DNA from: Oopsacas minuta
Lineage: Eukaryota; Animalia; Porifera
Length of the DNA: 64,000 nt
Reading direction: 5' to 3'
NCBI GenBank assembly: GCA_024704765.1
Contig: JAKMXF010000331.1
Span: 29,053 to 93,052, forward strand
Shown: positions 49,071-62,300 of the stretch, in pieces
Position numbering within the stretch: the stretch's first letter is position 1
Layout: every line of letters starts with the position of its first letter
Translations under genes and position numbers: made by a program
Notes under the pieces: generated by a model
Database searches by the model: none
What the model saw: only the letters and a program-made list of their open reading frames with translations
What the model was told of the DNA's origin: nothing

Positions 49071-50049
49071 ATCATAGATAGGATATGTTTAACATAATGA
49101 AATAAGGCACACTCATATCAACTGGTGATATTGGATTTGGTAGAGTTGAATTATGGAACATACTGCTACCATATTTCTGTGTTCAGCTACTATGTAGTAT
49201 CCTGGAATTGAATATTAGGTGCAAGCAAAAGTTGGCGTAATTGTGTATATTTCTTCCTTCCAATTTCCAACTAATCTATAAAGAAAAGCTTTGCGACAAG
49301 ACCCCTCATCAAGACATCTACAAAGCGACCTTCCAATTTCTTACAGACAATTGCTTGCAAAGCAAGGGGAACTACCTTTAATAACTGCAATGCAAGAGCA
49401 AATATCTTTACATTTCTGAAAGTAATCTTATGATTCAAGTACACAAAAAAGCCGTGATGGTTGTTGACTCAATCCAAGGTTGTCTAGACTCTTTTTATAA
49501 TGTAGAAATGCAAAATATATAAATTTATCCACTTCCACTTATTCCTGATCCAAAGTGGTGATGAGGCATTAACTTTAGTAGGCTATAGTTCAGTATTATT
49601 CATAATCAAAAGGAAGAAACACAGCCTTATATCAATTGAATTGATAGATTGTGGGAAAGAATTCGAGAAAAATTTCCCAAGAAGTAAGTTGAATTGCGCA
49701 AATATATCAAAATCAATGGAAAATATAAAGATAATTAAAGCCTGGGCTCGAACCTGGTTAATACATATTTAGTGGAAAGCATTCAGAATATTCTACCAAA
49801 ATCAACTTGGTCAGTTAGATTCAAGCGAGCTATAGACCTTTATTGAGACCAAAATAAGCTTAAAAAATCGTTTGTTTATACCAATAAAAATTCACAAGAT
49901 ATATTAAAGGAACACGAAACTCTAAATACAAAAAAGAGCGGATGGCTCGATTTCTTGGTCCAAGAATTCTGAAAATGTCGGCAGAATCTATATGTAGATC
50001 GCTAATAAAAATTATGAACCATTTTATACATGAAGGTGTATTTCCAAAG

Positions 50050-51000
50050 AGATAGAACAAAGCCTAAGTTTTCCCATGGATAAATCAGGAGCAATGAACA
50101 ATATTTTATGTTATCGGGCAATTCCAATCCTTCCTTACGGTCTAAAAGTATTGAAAACCACATTTCTACATCTTTATATAGATATATTATGGGTTGATAC
50201 TTTGTATAAATGATTATTTTTCACATAAGAACTGCAACTTAAGAATGTTCGCTGATGACTCTACGAATTTCACATATGGTGACTCTATTGAGGAGTTAAT
50301 TCGAAGATAAACAGTGATGTACCGTATCCACAATTTCTGCACCAAAATAGAATTAATTTAACTTACTAGAAATTTAAAGCACTGGTAATTTCTACTGATC
50401 AGAAAATCAATCATCAATCTGGAAAATCTTTCTATATTAAGATTGGTGACAACTTTATTAAAAACACAAGATCCCATAACATTCTTGTGATTACAGTGGA
50501 TTACCGATCGAGATGGTCTAATCATATTAATTGTATTATAATAAGTTATGATTGGTATAAAACCGCTAAGGACAATTAGTAGGTATATACCAATTGAATA
50601 TAGAAGGATTTTTACTAACTCTTTTATATTACAGCATTATGATTACTGCTATACTGTTTGGGGCGATGCCAAAAGTTAAATATATTGTTTATTCTTCTAA
50701 AAGATGCGCCAGAATATTTTCAATGTAGGACAAAGAAGACTTCATACTTATTTCTTTTCTAGTCTAAACTGGATAGACGTCTATAATAGGATATCTTTCG
50801 GAAGAATGGTAGTATACAAATGTTTAAATGGGTTATTTCCTTGACATATTTACTGTGACCAGTTCACCAGGTAGCAGATGTTTCTATGAAAACTATTAGA
50901 TAATAATTTCTATATATCTAAAGTCAAACTAACTCTATTTAAAAGCGCTTTTGCTTATGGTGCAGCAGTATTGTATAATAACATACCTTTGTATTAAAGA
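50050..51000 (+). mobile_element. CR1/L2 LINE remnant (3' half of RT)
   Basis: YRAIPILP, MFADDS, SFILQHYDYCYTVWG and KSAFAYGAAVLYNNIP motifs; heavily decayed. Confidence 0.7.
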
Positions 51001-51598
51001 AGCCTCATGTTCTCAACAATATAAATGTCTCTACTCCAAATTAATTATTTCTGGGAAATTATTGTAAAAGGATTGAACTTTGTAATAAATTTACTTTAAT
51101 TGTCTGTGAAATTTCGAACACTGTAGTCCAACAGAAGAACATGACTTAATACATCAATTTTGTTTGTGCATTGGTTACTACATCAAATAACGCCTACACA
51201 TATATCATTTCAGGGGCAAAATATAGTGGAAAATCCAAAAATGAAACAGTTTTAAATTATATTAATGATATCCAGGAAAATTCTGATGAAAGTGAATCAA
51301 GATACTCATAAGATTCGAATTACTCAGGGCGCTGAGTACATGAATGTATTCATATCCAAGTACCATCGTTTTGACTATGGAAATTGATTTAGGGTGGTTA
51401 AAGATTGATAAGATTCTTGCCACACGTTCTGGATCTGTTAAAGGCTAATATGTTCAATTTTGTATATTGCGATTATTACCGTTCGCCGAATTTGCCCCTC
51501 ACCCAAAACTCCCTCAATTCATCTTGGATAAGCATATATACATATGTTGAATTTCAACCAATATGATGTATATATTCATAGCCTTTTAATACACTAAG

Positions 51599-51692
51599 CA
51601 GTGGTCCTCAACCTGGGATCCGCAGTCCTAAAATATTTTCGTAATGTTTATTGTTAGGGGGTCCAAGGGAGAAAAAAGGTTGGGAAATAATG
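51599..51692. mobile_element. 94-bp hAT mini-MITE
   Basis: CAGTGGTCCTCAACC...GGTTGGGAAATAATG flanked by a duplicated CACTAAG. Confidence 0.65.
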
Positions 51693-51772
51693 CACTAAGG
51701 TAATAGCACTGGCCATATTTCAGGCTCAGGGATTGGTTAAACGAGCAAGGCAATATGATGCTTGTAAATATA

Positions 51773-53066
51773 CAGAGTTACTAATAAGTTCTGCCCCATA
51801 ATTAAAAACTTACCATAATGCAGAATTTATGCGAAATCACTTGTTTACTATTGGAATAAAATATAAATCGATTACGATTCGTATTCGATTTTCCTACTAC
51901 AGAGAAGGAAACAATTATTTTACAATGGATCGAGAGAGGGCAGCGAAAATCGAATTATTTTGAAAAGGAACAAGTCAAGGGGAGATTTTGAAACTGCTCT
52001 AGATCCCACTATCAAGGAGGAAATTTGTTTATCGAACGATCCAACGCTATAAGAAAAATGGAGGTGTAAAGGATATACCAAGGAGTGGTCGACCGAAGTC
52101 AGTGACAACTCCAAGGCTAAAAGTGATTGTGAGGGATTGACTTCGGCGAAATCCTCAACGATATGTTCGGAAGATTGCCAAAGAGCTCAAAGTTTCGCTC
52201 GGATCGATGCAAAACCTCGTGAGGAATGACTTGCACCTCAAATCATACAAAAGAAAGACTGTACATTGCCTCTCGGAGAAAATTAAACAAAAGAGACTTC
52301 CTAGAAGCAAGGGCCTGCTGACTCGGCTCACAACTCAACAGCTGGAGCATTTGGTATTTTCTGACGAGAAGATTTTCACCATAGAGGGAGCGACTAACAA
52401 ACAGAATGATCGTATATTCGCATCCACGTCTTCGAGCATCCCTGAAAAGTACCTCTACATCATTCGGATTCAGAAACCACTTTCTGTGATGGTTTGGGCC
52501 GGAATCTCTGCAAAAGGCTACAATTCGTTATTTTGTTCCAGGAGGGGTAAAACAATTCGTAAGTCTATCAGAATTGATTCTTGAGCCTGTGATAAAAGAT
52601 TTGAGCCAAACGATGTTCGGAATCGAACCATTTCTGTTCCAACAAGATGTCGCACCCGCTCACACTTCGAATGTCTCCCAAAGTTTGTTGCACCAAAATG
52701 TTCCGGATTTCATTTCAAAGGTGAAATGGACCCCATCAAGTCCAGATTTGAATCCCATAGACTTTTCAGGTCCATCTGGAGACGAATGCCTGCGGTTAGT
52801 CACATAAAGGTATTGAAGCAGTAAAGAAATCTTTGCTTTGTGAATGGGCTCAAATTCCACAGGATACCTTACGAGCCGCTGTTGAGGCTAATCCCCCACT
52901 GTTGGAGAGGGTGGTTGAAGAAAAGTGGTTTCATTCATTGAGTAGTCTATGTCTAACCTATTTCTCTATGTATCTAGCAAATTACGACGAAATATCAATC
53001 AGTGCAGTTCGTTAAATTAACAATCATATGCTGTTTATAATTGGACAGGATTTATTGGTCACCCTG
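51773..53066 (+). mobile_element. maT-type (DD37D) transposon, decayed
   Basis: TA|CAGAGTTACTAATAAG...TTATTGGTCACCCTG|TA; FSDEKIF, VMVWAGIS, FQQD.APAH-x-SPDLNPID with a 37-residue spacing. Confidence 0.88.
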
Positions 53067-53084
53067 TATTTCATAAATTGCAAT

Positions 53085-54715
53085 TTTAGCCATATATATT
53101 ACATAAAATACATGTCATCAATCAATAAAAGCTAAAATTTGGTCAAAATATGCCAATTTATTTGCTTAATAAGGAATAAATTGGGATAATTGCTCAAAAT
53201 TGTCCTAACTATGAAACCATGAAACCTTGATTATAGATTATGATCAATATGTTGTAATACGAAATGACCTAAAACGGTTCCTAAATACTAAGGGCGTTCA
53301 ATAAGTCTTGCGGGTGATATCATAGAATATGATGCAAACACTACACACACTAATTCACTATATTATTTATTCAAAGTAATCCCCTCCTGCAGATACACAA
53401 AGTTTTAACCTTTCCACCCACTTGTAAAACACATTTCTGTACACTTCTTCGGGGATGGATTTGAAGTACTGGTACAGACCCGTTCCGAGTGCTTGTAATG
53501 CATTAAAATCTTTGCCTTGAAGGTAGATTTTAAGCTTGGGGAAAAGCCAAAAATCACATGGAGCTAGGTCTAGTGAGTATGGTGGATGGGGAAGTAATTC
53601 TAACCCTTCTACAACCAAGAAATTTTTGGTAAGCTTAGCTGTATGGGAACTGGCGTTATCAATTAAAATCTTCATTCCTCGAGTTCCGGTTTTCGGGCGG
53701 TACTTTTCTATATTTTTTATCAAATTTGGAAGCACTTGCTCTGTAAAGAAAGTAGCAGTAACAGCTTTGCCACTCTCACAAGGTAATTGCAAGACAATTC
53801 CATGACTACTGAAGAAGATGGTATACATAATCTTAGGTTTTCTGAAGTCGTGCCTAGGAACTTTCGCCGGTTGTTCGTCGCCCCTCACCTATGATCGCTT
53901 CTTATACTTGCTATATGATGTTGAATAGTACACCCACGTCTCGTCACCAGTAATAATCTCTGTTAGGTGTCTAGAATCGCAGTTCTCATAAGTNNNNNNN
54001 NNNNNNNNNNNNNNNNNNNNNNNNNNNNNNNNNNNNNNNNNNNNNNNNNNNNNNNNNNNNNNNNNNNNNNNNNNNNNNNNNNNNNNNNNNNNNNNNNNNN
54101 NNNNNNNNNNNNNNNNNNNNNNNNNNNNNNNNNNNNNNNNNNNNNNNNNNNNNNNNNNNNNNNNNTAGGTGTCTAGAATCGCAGTTCTCATAAGTTTCCA
54201 AGAGTTTCTTGGCAATATTCAGTCGTGCCAACCTTTGATTCTCACTGAGCTTATGTGGGACCCATTTCCCACAAATCGATCGGTAGCCAAGCTCAGTCGT
54301 CAGAATTGTATGAATAGCTCCCGATGAAATCTCCATACTTGTTCTAACTGATTGACAGTAATGCACTTGTCTTCCATGACCATACTTTCAATGAGTTGTG
54401 ATATTCTCTGAGGTTGTGGCGGATACCGGTCTTCCAGATCGAGGCAAATCTGTGACAACAGCATCACCAGATCTTAAACGGGCAGCCCATCGCTCTACAG
54501 TAGATCTGGAAGGGCAATCCACGTACAATATCTCCTGTAACTTGCTGAAGATCTGTACCGGCTGGATCTTGAGTATTGTGCGAAACATTTTAATTAAAAA
54601 TTGATATTCAAGGTTTTAGGACAATTTCGGCAATATATTGCTTAGTAAGCAAATACATTGGCATATTTTAGATTGATGACATGTATTTTTACAAGTATGT
54701 AATACATAAGGCCAA
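53085..54715. mobile_element. Foldback MITE whose arms flank mariner copy 1
   Basis: aaatacatgtcatcaatc...aaaatatgccaat.tatttgctta (53105-53170) mirrors 54640-54690. Confidence 0.6.
53288..54584 (-). mobile_element. mariner (DD34D), copy 1, 5'-truncated
   Basis: 3' TIR AGGGCGTTCAATAAGTCTTGCGGG; GRP, WVPH.L, TGDETW, DNASSH-x-YSLDLAPCD with a 34-residue spacing; near-identical to 61207-62641. Confidence 0.92.
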
Positions 54716-54812
54716 AAGTGCACCTTTATGAAATATATTTACCAGCATCATATTTCCCTGCTCGTTTACACAACCCCTGGCCCTGAAAATGGGCAGTGTC
54801 ATTGCCTTAGTA

Positions 54813-54912
54813 CAGCGGTAGCCAATCTGAGGTCTATGGACCCCTTGGTGGTCCACGGGAACTTTGCAGCCTATGGGAGGGGTCCACAGGTCAAAGAGGT
54901 TGGGTACAGCTG
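54813..54912. mobile_element. 100-bp hAT mini-MITE
   Basis: CAGCGGTAGCCAATCT...GGTTGGGTACAGCTG; flanks ccttagta/cttaagta (6/8). Confidence 0.55.
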
Positions 54913-55486
54913 CTTAAGTACATTAGAAGGCTATGAATATATATATATATCAAATTATTTGAAATTCAACACTGAGTCTGAATTTAACAAATATATGCTA
55001 ATCTGAAATGATTGGAGGAAGGCGAGGGCTAAATTCGGCGAACGGGGTATATGTCAGAAGTTGGTTATTTCCTAATGTTAAGAGCAAAGTATTGCAATTG
55101 CTTCCCAAACACCTAACTTAGGGAGTTAAAACTGTACTAATGTAAACTCTTGATATAAGTTAATACTGTGGACTTCGGTTTCGCCTTGCGATAGGCAATA
55201 GAGGGCAGAGATTAAAGAATCACTGCACATAAATGAATTATATTATATCTGAGTTAGTTATTCACTGTATATTAAACAGGAAAATATTAACATTTTAATG
55301 GTAGTAAGAGTTTTGAGACAAAGTGGGCATATGCAATATCAAATACGCCTCTAAAACTAAGACTATATGTGTATACAAATACATACAAGAACGGATTGTA
55401 TACGAGGGAGAGGAGCAATATATGATAAGTACATCGATAACATCAACATAAATAAAGAAAAACATGAAAAAAATGAATTGAACAAC

Positions 55487-55816
55487 CTTGTTAGAAAAAT
55501 GTCGAGCCTGAACTAGTTCTTTGGTTTTCCAATTCCAAACCATCAAAGCACCATCATCTGAACCAGTACTGAAATAAGTATCAAAAGGATGAATAGCTAA
55601 CCCCCATAATTCACCTTCTCCATGGCCGTTCTCAATTAAGAGTGGGACATTAGTATCGAGTTCAATTTGAAAAATTTCACTTTTCCGTGTGCCACCAATT
55701 ATTCGATTAAGATCTGCATCCCAGCTGACGGAACGTATTTGAATATCAATATATCCAAAATCCGTAGATTTCAAATCGAAAGAATGCAAGCAATTGAAAG
55801 TTAAATGATCCCACAT
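55487..55816 (-). CDS. EML6: EML5/EML6-like protein, exon (MWD...IRSVSW...GHGEGELWGLAIHP...TGSDD...FSNK)
   Basis: IRSV.W, GT..SEIF, GH.EGELW.LA.HP and TGSDD match EML5/6; acceptor ctttag| at 55817-55818, donor |gt at 55486; 330 bp. Confidence 0.92.
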
Positions 55817-56896
55817 CTAAAGGAATATCTAACAGATCACATATTTGGATACAAGCAACAATCAGAAAGTATATAAGGTAATCAGGGGTGTATAGTAGGC
55901 AAGCGGGAGAGTGGCGTACCCTCACAATTTCAAAAATATTTTGTGTATTACATTTGACTGCTTTCTACGATATATCTCTATTTTCTTGATTTTTCCATAT
56001 ACTTCGCACTATTATGCAGATTAGAAAAAATTATAACAAGCTTCGCTTAATTGCGCGCCCGGTCACAGACACAAGGTGTTCGCGTTAGGGACTCATTTGG
56101 TGCCTCTTCTATTTGATTTACGATTATTCATAACCATATCAAACAGTATAACAACTCAGAATAGTGATTACACAAACAAAGCGAAAATTCTACTAGATAT
56201 ATTCTCTTTGTGAAAACGGTTATAGTCTATCAGTATTTCTAGTTACGCGTTGGACATTGTGGTTGCATAAAATAACTCAAATAGTGGTTCTATACAGGCT
56301 GGATTAACTGCACAGGGCAGGGATCTTCAAATATATTAGTCCAAGGGCGAAAATTAATGGATTAACAATCAAGAGGGCCAAGCAGGCAGTGCATAGATAT
56401 TTGTATATAACCATATGCAACCATTTATTTTAGCAGTATAGTCCCACTATACGAATTTTCATCACAAATAGCATACTGCAGTATCGTATCCAGCCCTTTC
56501 ATTCTGTTAGAGGGCAGAGGGCCGTACTGTAGGTCAGATTGTATAAAGGTGATACAGAGATAAAAGCTAGTCAAGAATTAATATTTTAGGGGAGCCATGG
56601 GCTATTGGCCTCCTCCTCTGGCTATGCCACTGGTATACTGTGTGTGTAAATATTTTCCATTGGTCTATTTTACATAGGTATCCGAATAACCGGGATGTTG
56701 AAAGGAGTTTCATAAGTACAAATACAAATTACTGAATTAATAGATATACGTAGATGCAGCTATTCTTTTGAACACATATAATACTACTTAAGTTTGTCTT
56801 CTATAAATAAGTAAACCCATCTCTCTTCATCATAAATTTCCAAATTGAATTTGATGACAACAAGATACTCAAGAAAAAATCAAAATTCTAGCCTGA

Positions 56897-58200
56897 ATGG
56901 ACACGTCTATATGTATTCATAAAGACACCGACATAAGGAAACCAATTTGCTGGTATGTAACGAAACTGCCAATTGAGAAGGAATATATCTTTGAAGACAT
57001 TTTGAAACCAGATATGAGGTTTAACAATAAATATCCTACAAAAACGTCTTCTAGGCTAAGTAAATTCATTCGGCAACATATTCTCTTTCAGAGGGTTCGC
57101 GATGATGACAAAATCTCTTCAAAACAGGAAAAAGTAATTGCAGCATCTTATCGAGTTACATGGATGGCGGGAGGTAAGAAGAACCCATTCATGGATTCAG
57201 AAATCGTGAAAGAGTGTCTGATAGCAGGTAAAGAAATAGTGACTGAGGAAAGGTAAAATTAAGCTTAGCGGATGACGTAAAGCAGATTCCTTTCAGACAC
57301 CAGAGCAATGTGTATGATTCATGTTCTTGAACAAGAAGTTAGGAATTTAGTCATTGCAGGCTTGAATAAAGTTGAATACTCTTCACTAGCTGTGGATAAG
57401 TCAACTGTTAGAACAGACATAACACAGCTATCTTTGTTCGTGAGGTTTACGATGACGGTATTTTCAAAGAAGAACTGTTGGGTTTACTCTAATAGGAGGC
57501 ATATACAACTGGAGAACATATATTTGAAAGAATCCTACACTTTATCACGACTGATAATATTATGCTTAAAAAACTTTGTCAATTTGTTACAGATAACGCA
57601 CCATATATGCTGGGGAAGAATAAGGGGTGGAAAGCCCGAATCGTAGAGGTAGCCTCGAAAATGATAGCCATTCACTGCATCATTCATATGCGCTCGTCTA
57701 TATGGACATCTAAAGCAAGTAATACAGTATGTTGTAAGAAATATAAATTTTTATCAAGTGTAATTCAGGTTTACAGCACAGACTTTTTAGCCAATTACTA
57801 GCAAAAACATCGTCAGAATTTGATGATCTTCTGACTCTCAATTATATTCGATGGTAAAGTATTGCTAATTCTCTGGAAAGATTTGCAACGTTCAATTACA
57901 AATAAAGCAAATCCTCTCGATCAATGCCAGTAGAAAATCGGAAGAATTTCTAAAAATTTAGATAATATTTTATGACTAAAGTTGGGTTTTTATGTGATCA
58001 ATTTCTACTTCAATACATTGAATCTCAAGATCCAGGGTAGAGGGCAAACACTGTATAATTCAATTGAAAGTTCATAGAATTTAAAATAAAATTGGATCCT
58101 TTTTCAGATTTGATATCTCCAAAATACTTACATTTTCCTCAAATTAAAACTATGCAACTCCATTGGATTCGAACAAAGAAATTCTGCAAACATTGGTTCT
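56897..58200 (+). pseudogene. Heavily decayed hAT (SPIN/GTF2IRD2-like) transposase
   Basis: ASY.V......KK.PF.D.EIVKEC, SLAVDKST..TDI.QL..FVRF, VTDNAP.M.G, IHCIIH; no TIRs found. Confidence 0.7.
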
Positions 58201-59362
58201 ATTATTGAGCAACTAAATCTCTACTTCAAGGATCGTTTATCTGACTTCTATTTCAAAATTTATCAATTCCTCAATAACGAACAAACAGACAGACAAACAA
58301 AATTTCAATGAAATGCTATTAAGTAGTCACAAATTTTGGGACTGCAAAAAAATTGGGCTTACTCTGGAATTTCGAAATGCTATATTTATGCTGTGGAAGA
58401 AGAAATAACAAAAATAAAGAAATTATATCAAAAGCAGCCAGATTTAATTTGATGAATATTTTCAAACCAGAATATTACATTTTCGTAATGTAAATTCCAG
58501 AGACTTTGACAAGCCAGCGTATGCACTATAGGCATTCAATCACATTCATTTTGGCATTGCAAAGTAAGTAATCGCTAGCATATTCGAAATTCATAACACA
58601 ATTCCATGACTATTAATATTTTCCCTATTCCGTGGTTAGTTTACTTAAATATGAAGCTTCCACAATCACAATTCTTTTCATCTATCCTTAGAGATTTTGA
58701 AAATATATACACGTAAATTATTTAAATTCCAACATATATTGAAAATTTTATTTTATTACACAGTGTTTGTGTATAATTGATCATAAAAAATGAATTTTAT
58801 CATGATTTCTACAAGATTTGAGCATAGAATACTTGATAAATACTCTGGGAGTCTAGGAGCACCGAATAAACTGGGGTGGAACCGGAGTTTCTTCAAGTTT
58901 ATATTATGTAGCGGGCCTAAAAGAATTCTCGATTTCACTTACGCGCCTGGACTATTTGAATTTTGAGCATTAAACTTACATTTTAAGCGTATTATACATC
59001 AATTACATAAAATACGGTTAATACTACATTCCAGAGGTGTCATCTAGAATCTTCCACTATATAGATACGATTATTATGCATTAATAATTAACTGTTGACC
59101 TAACATTCTATAGTTATCTTTATTCATTGTCTATCTTAGCAAAATTACCTCAGTCAACTGAATTCTTCTTCCAAACTTTAATACAATTCAATAGACCATT
59201 AAGATTGTTACGTAACGCATTACATTATTCGTTGAAATTAGGCGCATACAACTCGCCTACCTCTCAGAATTTTCTTGCTACTAACTATCTAATGTTTTTG
59301 CAATACGCACCTGTAGGCGCGCGTATCGCTCCTGGATGAAAGCCTCGGCAGAACATATAGGG

Positions 59363-62300
59363 CAGTGGTTCTCAAACTGGGGGTCGCGAGATACCAGTAA
59401 TATTCTGAAAGTATACCTTAATGATCCTCAAATTTAGAGTCCAAGGTGTAAAGAATAACTGAGGTATTTCATTATAAAAGTGACATCTCGAGTTTATTCT
59501 TTACTCTTGGGTTATAATTAGTAAATCTTAATCAATATGCATATCATGAACTACATATATTAACTTTATACTTGTATTTTAGTGACATTTAATCAAAATA
59601 TTAGAAAATTATGGCCACAGTACCCAAAAACGGAATTACAATACCAGCTACATTGAATATGGTTTTACTGTTGTTCGAAATTCAGGAATTGAAAGCCCCA
59701 ATGTGTTATTCGTTGTGACACGCTATCAGGAGAATCTATGAAACCGAGTAAATTAAAACGACATCTAGAAACTCGTCATCCTGAGTATTTAGAAAAGGAT
59801 CCTTCTTTTTTTAAAAGGAAGGAAGATGTATTAAAGCGGTCAAGACTGGACATAACAGGTGCATATCACCAGCAATCATTTGCTTGTATTGAGGCTTCAT
59901 ATGTTGTTTCGTTCCGAATTGCAAGAGCAAAAAAGCCTCATACAATTGGAGAGGACCTTATTCTCCCTTGTTCGAAAGATATTGTTCGACTTGTTTTTGG
60001 TGATGAGCATGCTAGGAAGTTATCATCAATTCCCTTATGTAATGACACTGTTCACAGAAGTATATATGAGAAGCCAAACAATATTTTGATGCAAGTTGTA
60101 AAACAGTTAAAATCCAGCCCTTTTAAATTGTTCTCATTGCAACTTGATGAGTCAACTGATGTATCTTCATGTTCACAATTATTGGTTTACGTCCGTTATG
60201 TGCACGAGAAAAAATTTAAGGAAGAGTTTTTGCTATGTCGCGAACTTGAAACCACAACGAAGGCACAAGATGTNNNNNNNNNNNNNNNNNNNNNNNNNNN
60301 NNNNNNNNNNNNNNNNNNNNNNNNNNNNNNNNNNNNNNNNNNNNNNNNNNNNNNNNNNNNNNNNNNNNNNNNNNNNNNNNNNNNNNNNNNNNNNNNNNNN
60401 NNNNNNNNNNNNNNNNNNNNNNNNNNNNNNNNNNNNNNNNNNNNNNNNNNNNNNNNNNNNNNNNNNNNNNNNNNNNNNNNNNNNNNNNNNNNNTTTCCAA
60501 GATAATAAAATTGAGTGGAAGGATTTGTGCGGAGTTTGTACCGACGACGCGCCAGCAATGGTTGGTTCACGTTCTGGTTTCCAAAAGCTTGTTAAGGATA
60601 GATCGCCAGAAGTCACAAGCACACATTGCATGATTCATAGACAAGCACTTGCCTGTAAAACTATGCCAGCACAGCTTTTAACAGTGATGACATTAGTTAT
60701 TAAGATCGTAAATTTTATTAAATCGAGTGCGCTTAAGACTGGCCTTTTCAGGGAACTTTGGGAAGGTATGGCTGCTAGCCATCAGACTCTACTTTCCACA
60801 CCCAAGTAAGTTGGCTTTCCAAAGGTAATGTCCTTAAACGAGTCTTGGAGTTGCTTCCAGAAATTAAACTATTTCTTGGTCAACACTAAAAACATGAATT
60901 CTTGACACAAATCAATGATTCCAATAATAATGGTTTCTAATGAATCTTGTGGATATACTTGATCGTATCAATGTACTGAATCTCTCACTTCAGGGAAAAG
61001 AAAAGTACAAGTATGATTTGAGTAATAAACTCAAAGATTTCGAAATGAAAATTCGCAATTGGAGAAGAAAAATTGACAGCGGGAATGTATATATGCTCGA
61101 AAGATTATACGAAAATTTTGATTACAACGATATTGTATCGGATAATAATTCAAAAACAACAATCTCAGAGCACCTTAGGACTAGGCGAAGAATTTTCTCA
61201 TTATTACTAGGGCGCTCAATAAGTCTTGCGGGTGATATCATAGAATATGATGCAAACACTACACACACTAATTCACTATATTATTTATTCAAAGTAATCC
61301 CCTCCTGCAGATACACAAAGTTTTAACCTTTCCACCCACTTGTAAAACACATTTCTGTACACTTCTTCGGGGATGGATTTGAAGTACTGGTACAGACCCG
61401 TTCCGAGTGCTTGTAATGCATTAAAATCTTTGCCTTGAAGGTAGATTTTAAGCTTGGGGAAAAGCCAAAAATCACATGGAGCTAGGTCTAGTGAGTATGG
61501 TGGATGGGGAAGTAATTCTAACCCTTCTACAACCAAGAAATTTTTGGTAAGCTTAGCTGTATGGGAACTGGCGTTATCAATTAAAATCTTCATTCCTCGA
61601 GTTCCGGTTTTCGGGCGGTACTTTTCNNNNNNNNNNNNNNNNNNNNNNNNNNNNNNNNNNNNNNNNNNNNNNNNNNNNNNNNNNNNNNNNNNNNNNNNNN
61701 NNNNNNNNNNNNNNNNNNNNNNNNNNNNNNNNNNNNNNNNNNNNNNNNNNNNNNNNNNNNNNNNNNNNNNNNNNNNNNNNNNNNNNNNNNNNNNNNNNNN
61801 NNNNNNNNNNNNNNNNNNNNNNNNNNNNNNNNNNNNNNNNNNNNNNNNNNNNNNNNNNNNNNNNNNNNNNNNNNNNNNNNNNNNNNNNNNNNNNNNNNNN
61901 NNNNNNNNNNNNNNNNNNNNNNNNNNNNNNNNNNNNNNNNNNNNNNNNNNNNNNNNNNNNNNNNNNNNNNNNNNNNNNNNNNNNNNNNNNNNNNNNNNNN
62001 NNNNNNNNNNNNNNNNNNNNNNNNNNNNNNNNNNNNNNNNNNNNNNNNNNNNNNNNNNNNNNNNNNNNNNNNNNNNNNNNNNNNNNNNNNNNNNNNNNNN
62101 NNNNNNNNNNNNNNNNNNNNNNNNNNNNNNNNNNNNNNNNNNNNNNNNNNNNNNTTGTTCTAACTGATTGACAGTAATGCACTTGTCTTCCATGACCATA
62201 CTTTCAATGAGTTGTGATATTCTCTGAGGTTGTGGCGGATACCGGTCTTCCAGATCGAGGCAAATCTGTGACAACAGCATCACCAGATCTTAAACGGGCA

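Larger units (their letters stand above)
42367..55486 (-). other. 13,120-bp GT-AG intron of the EML5/6-like gene
   Basis: Donor AAG|gttgtt at 55486 and acceptor ttttag at 42367; join FSNK|IRSVCYS is in frame and colinear with EML5/6. Confidence 0.85.

Noticed and set aside
55295-55486. ORF extensions beyond EML exon donors (also 41857-41910)
   Set aside because: Similarity to EML5/6 stops at GT donor sites; the extensions are intronic read-through.
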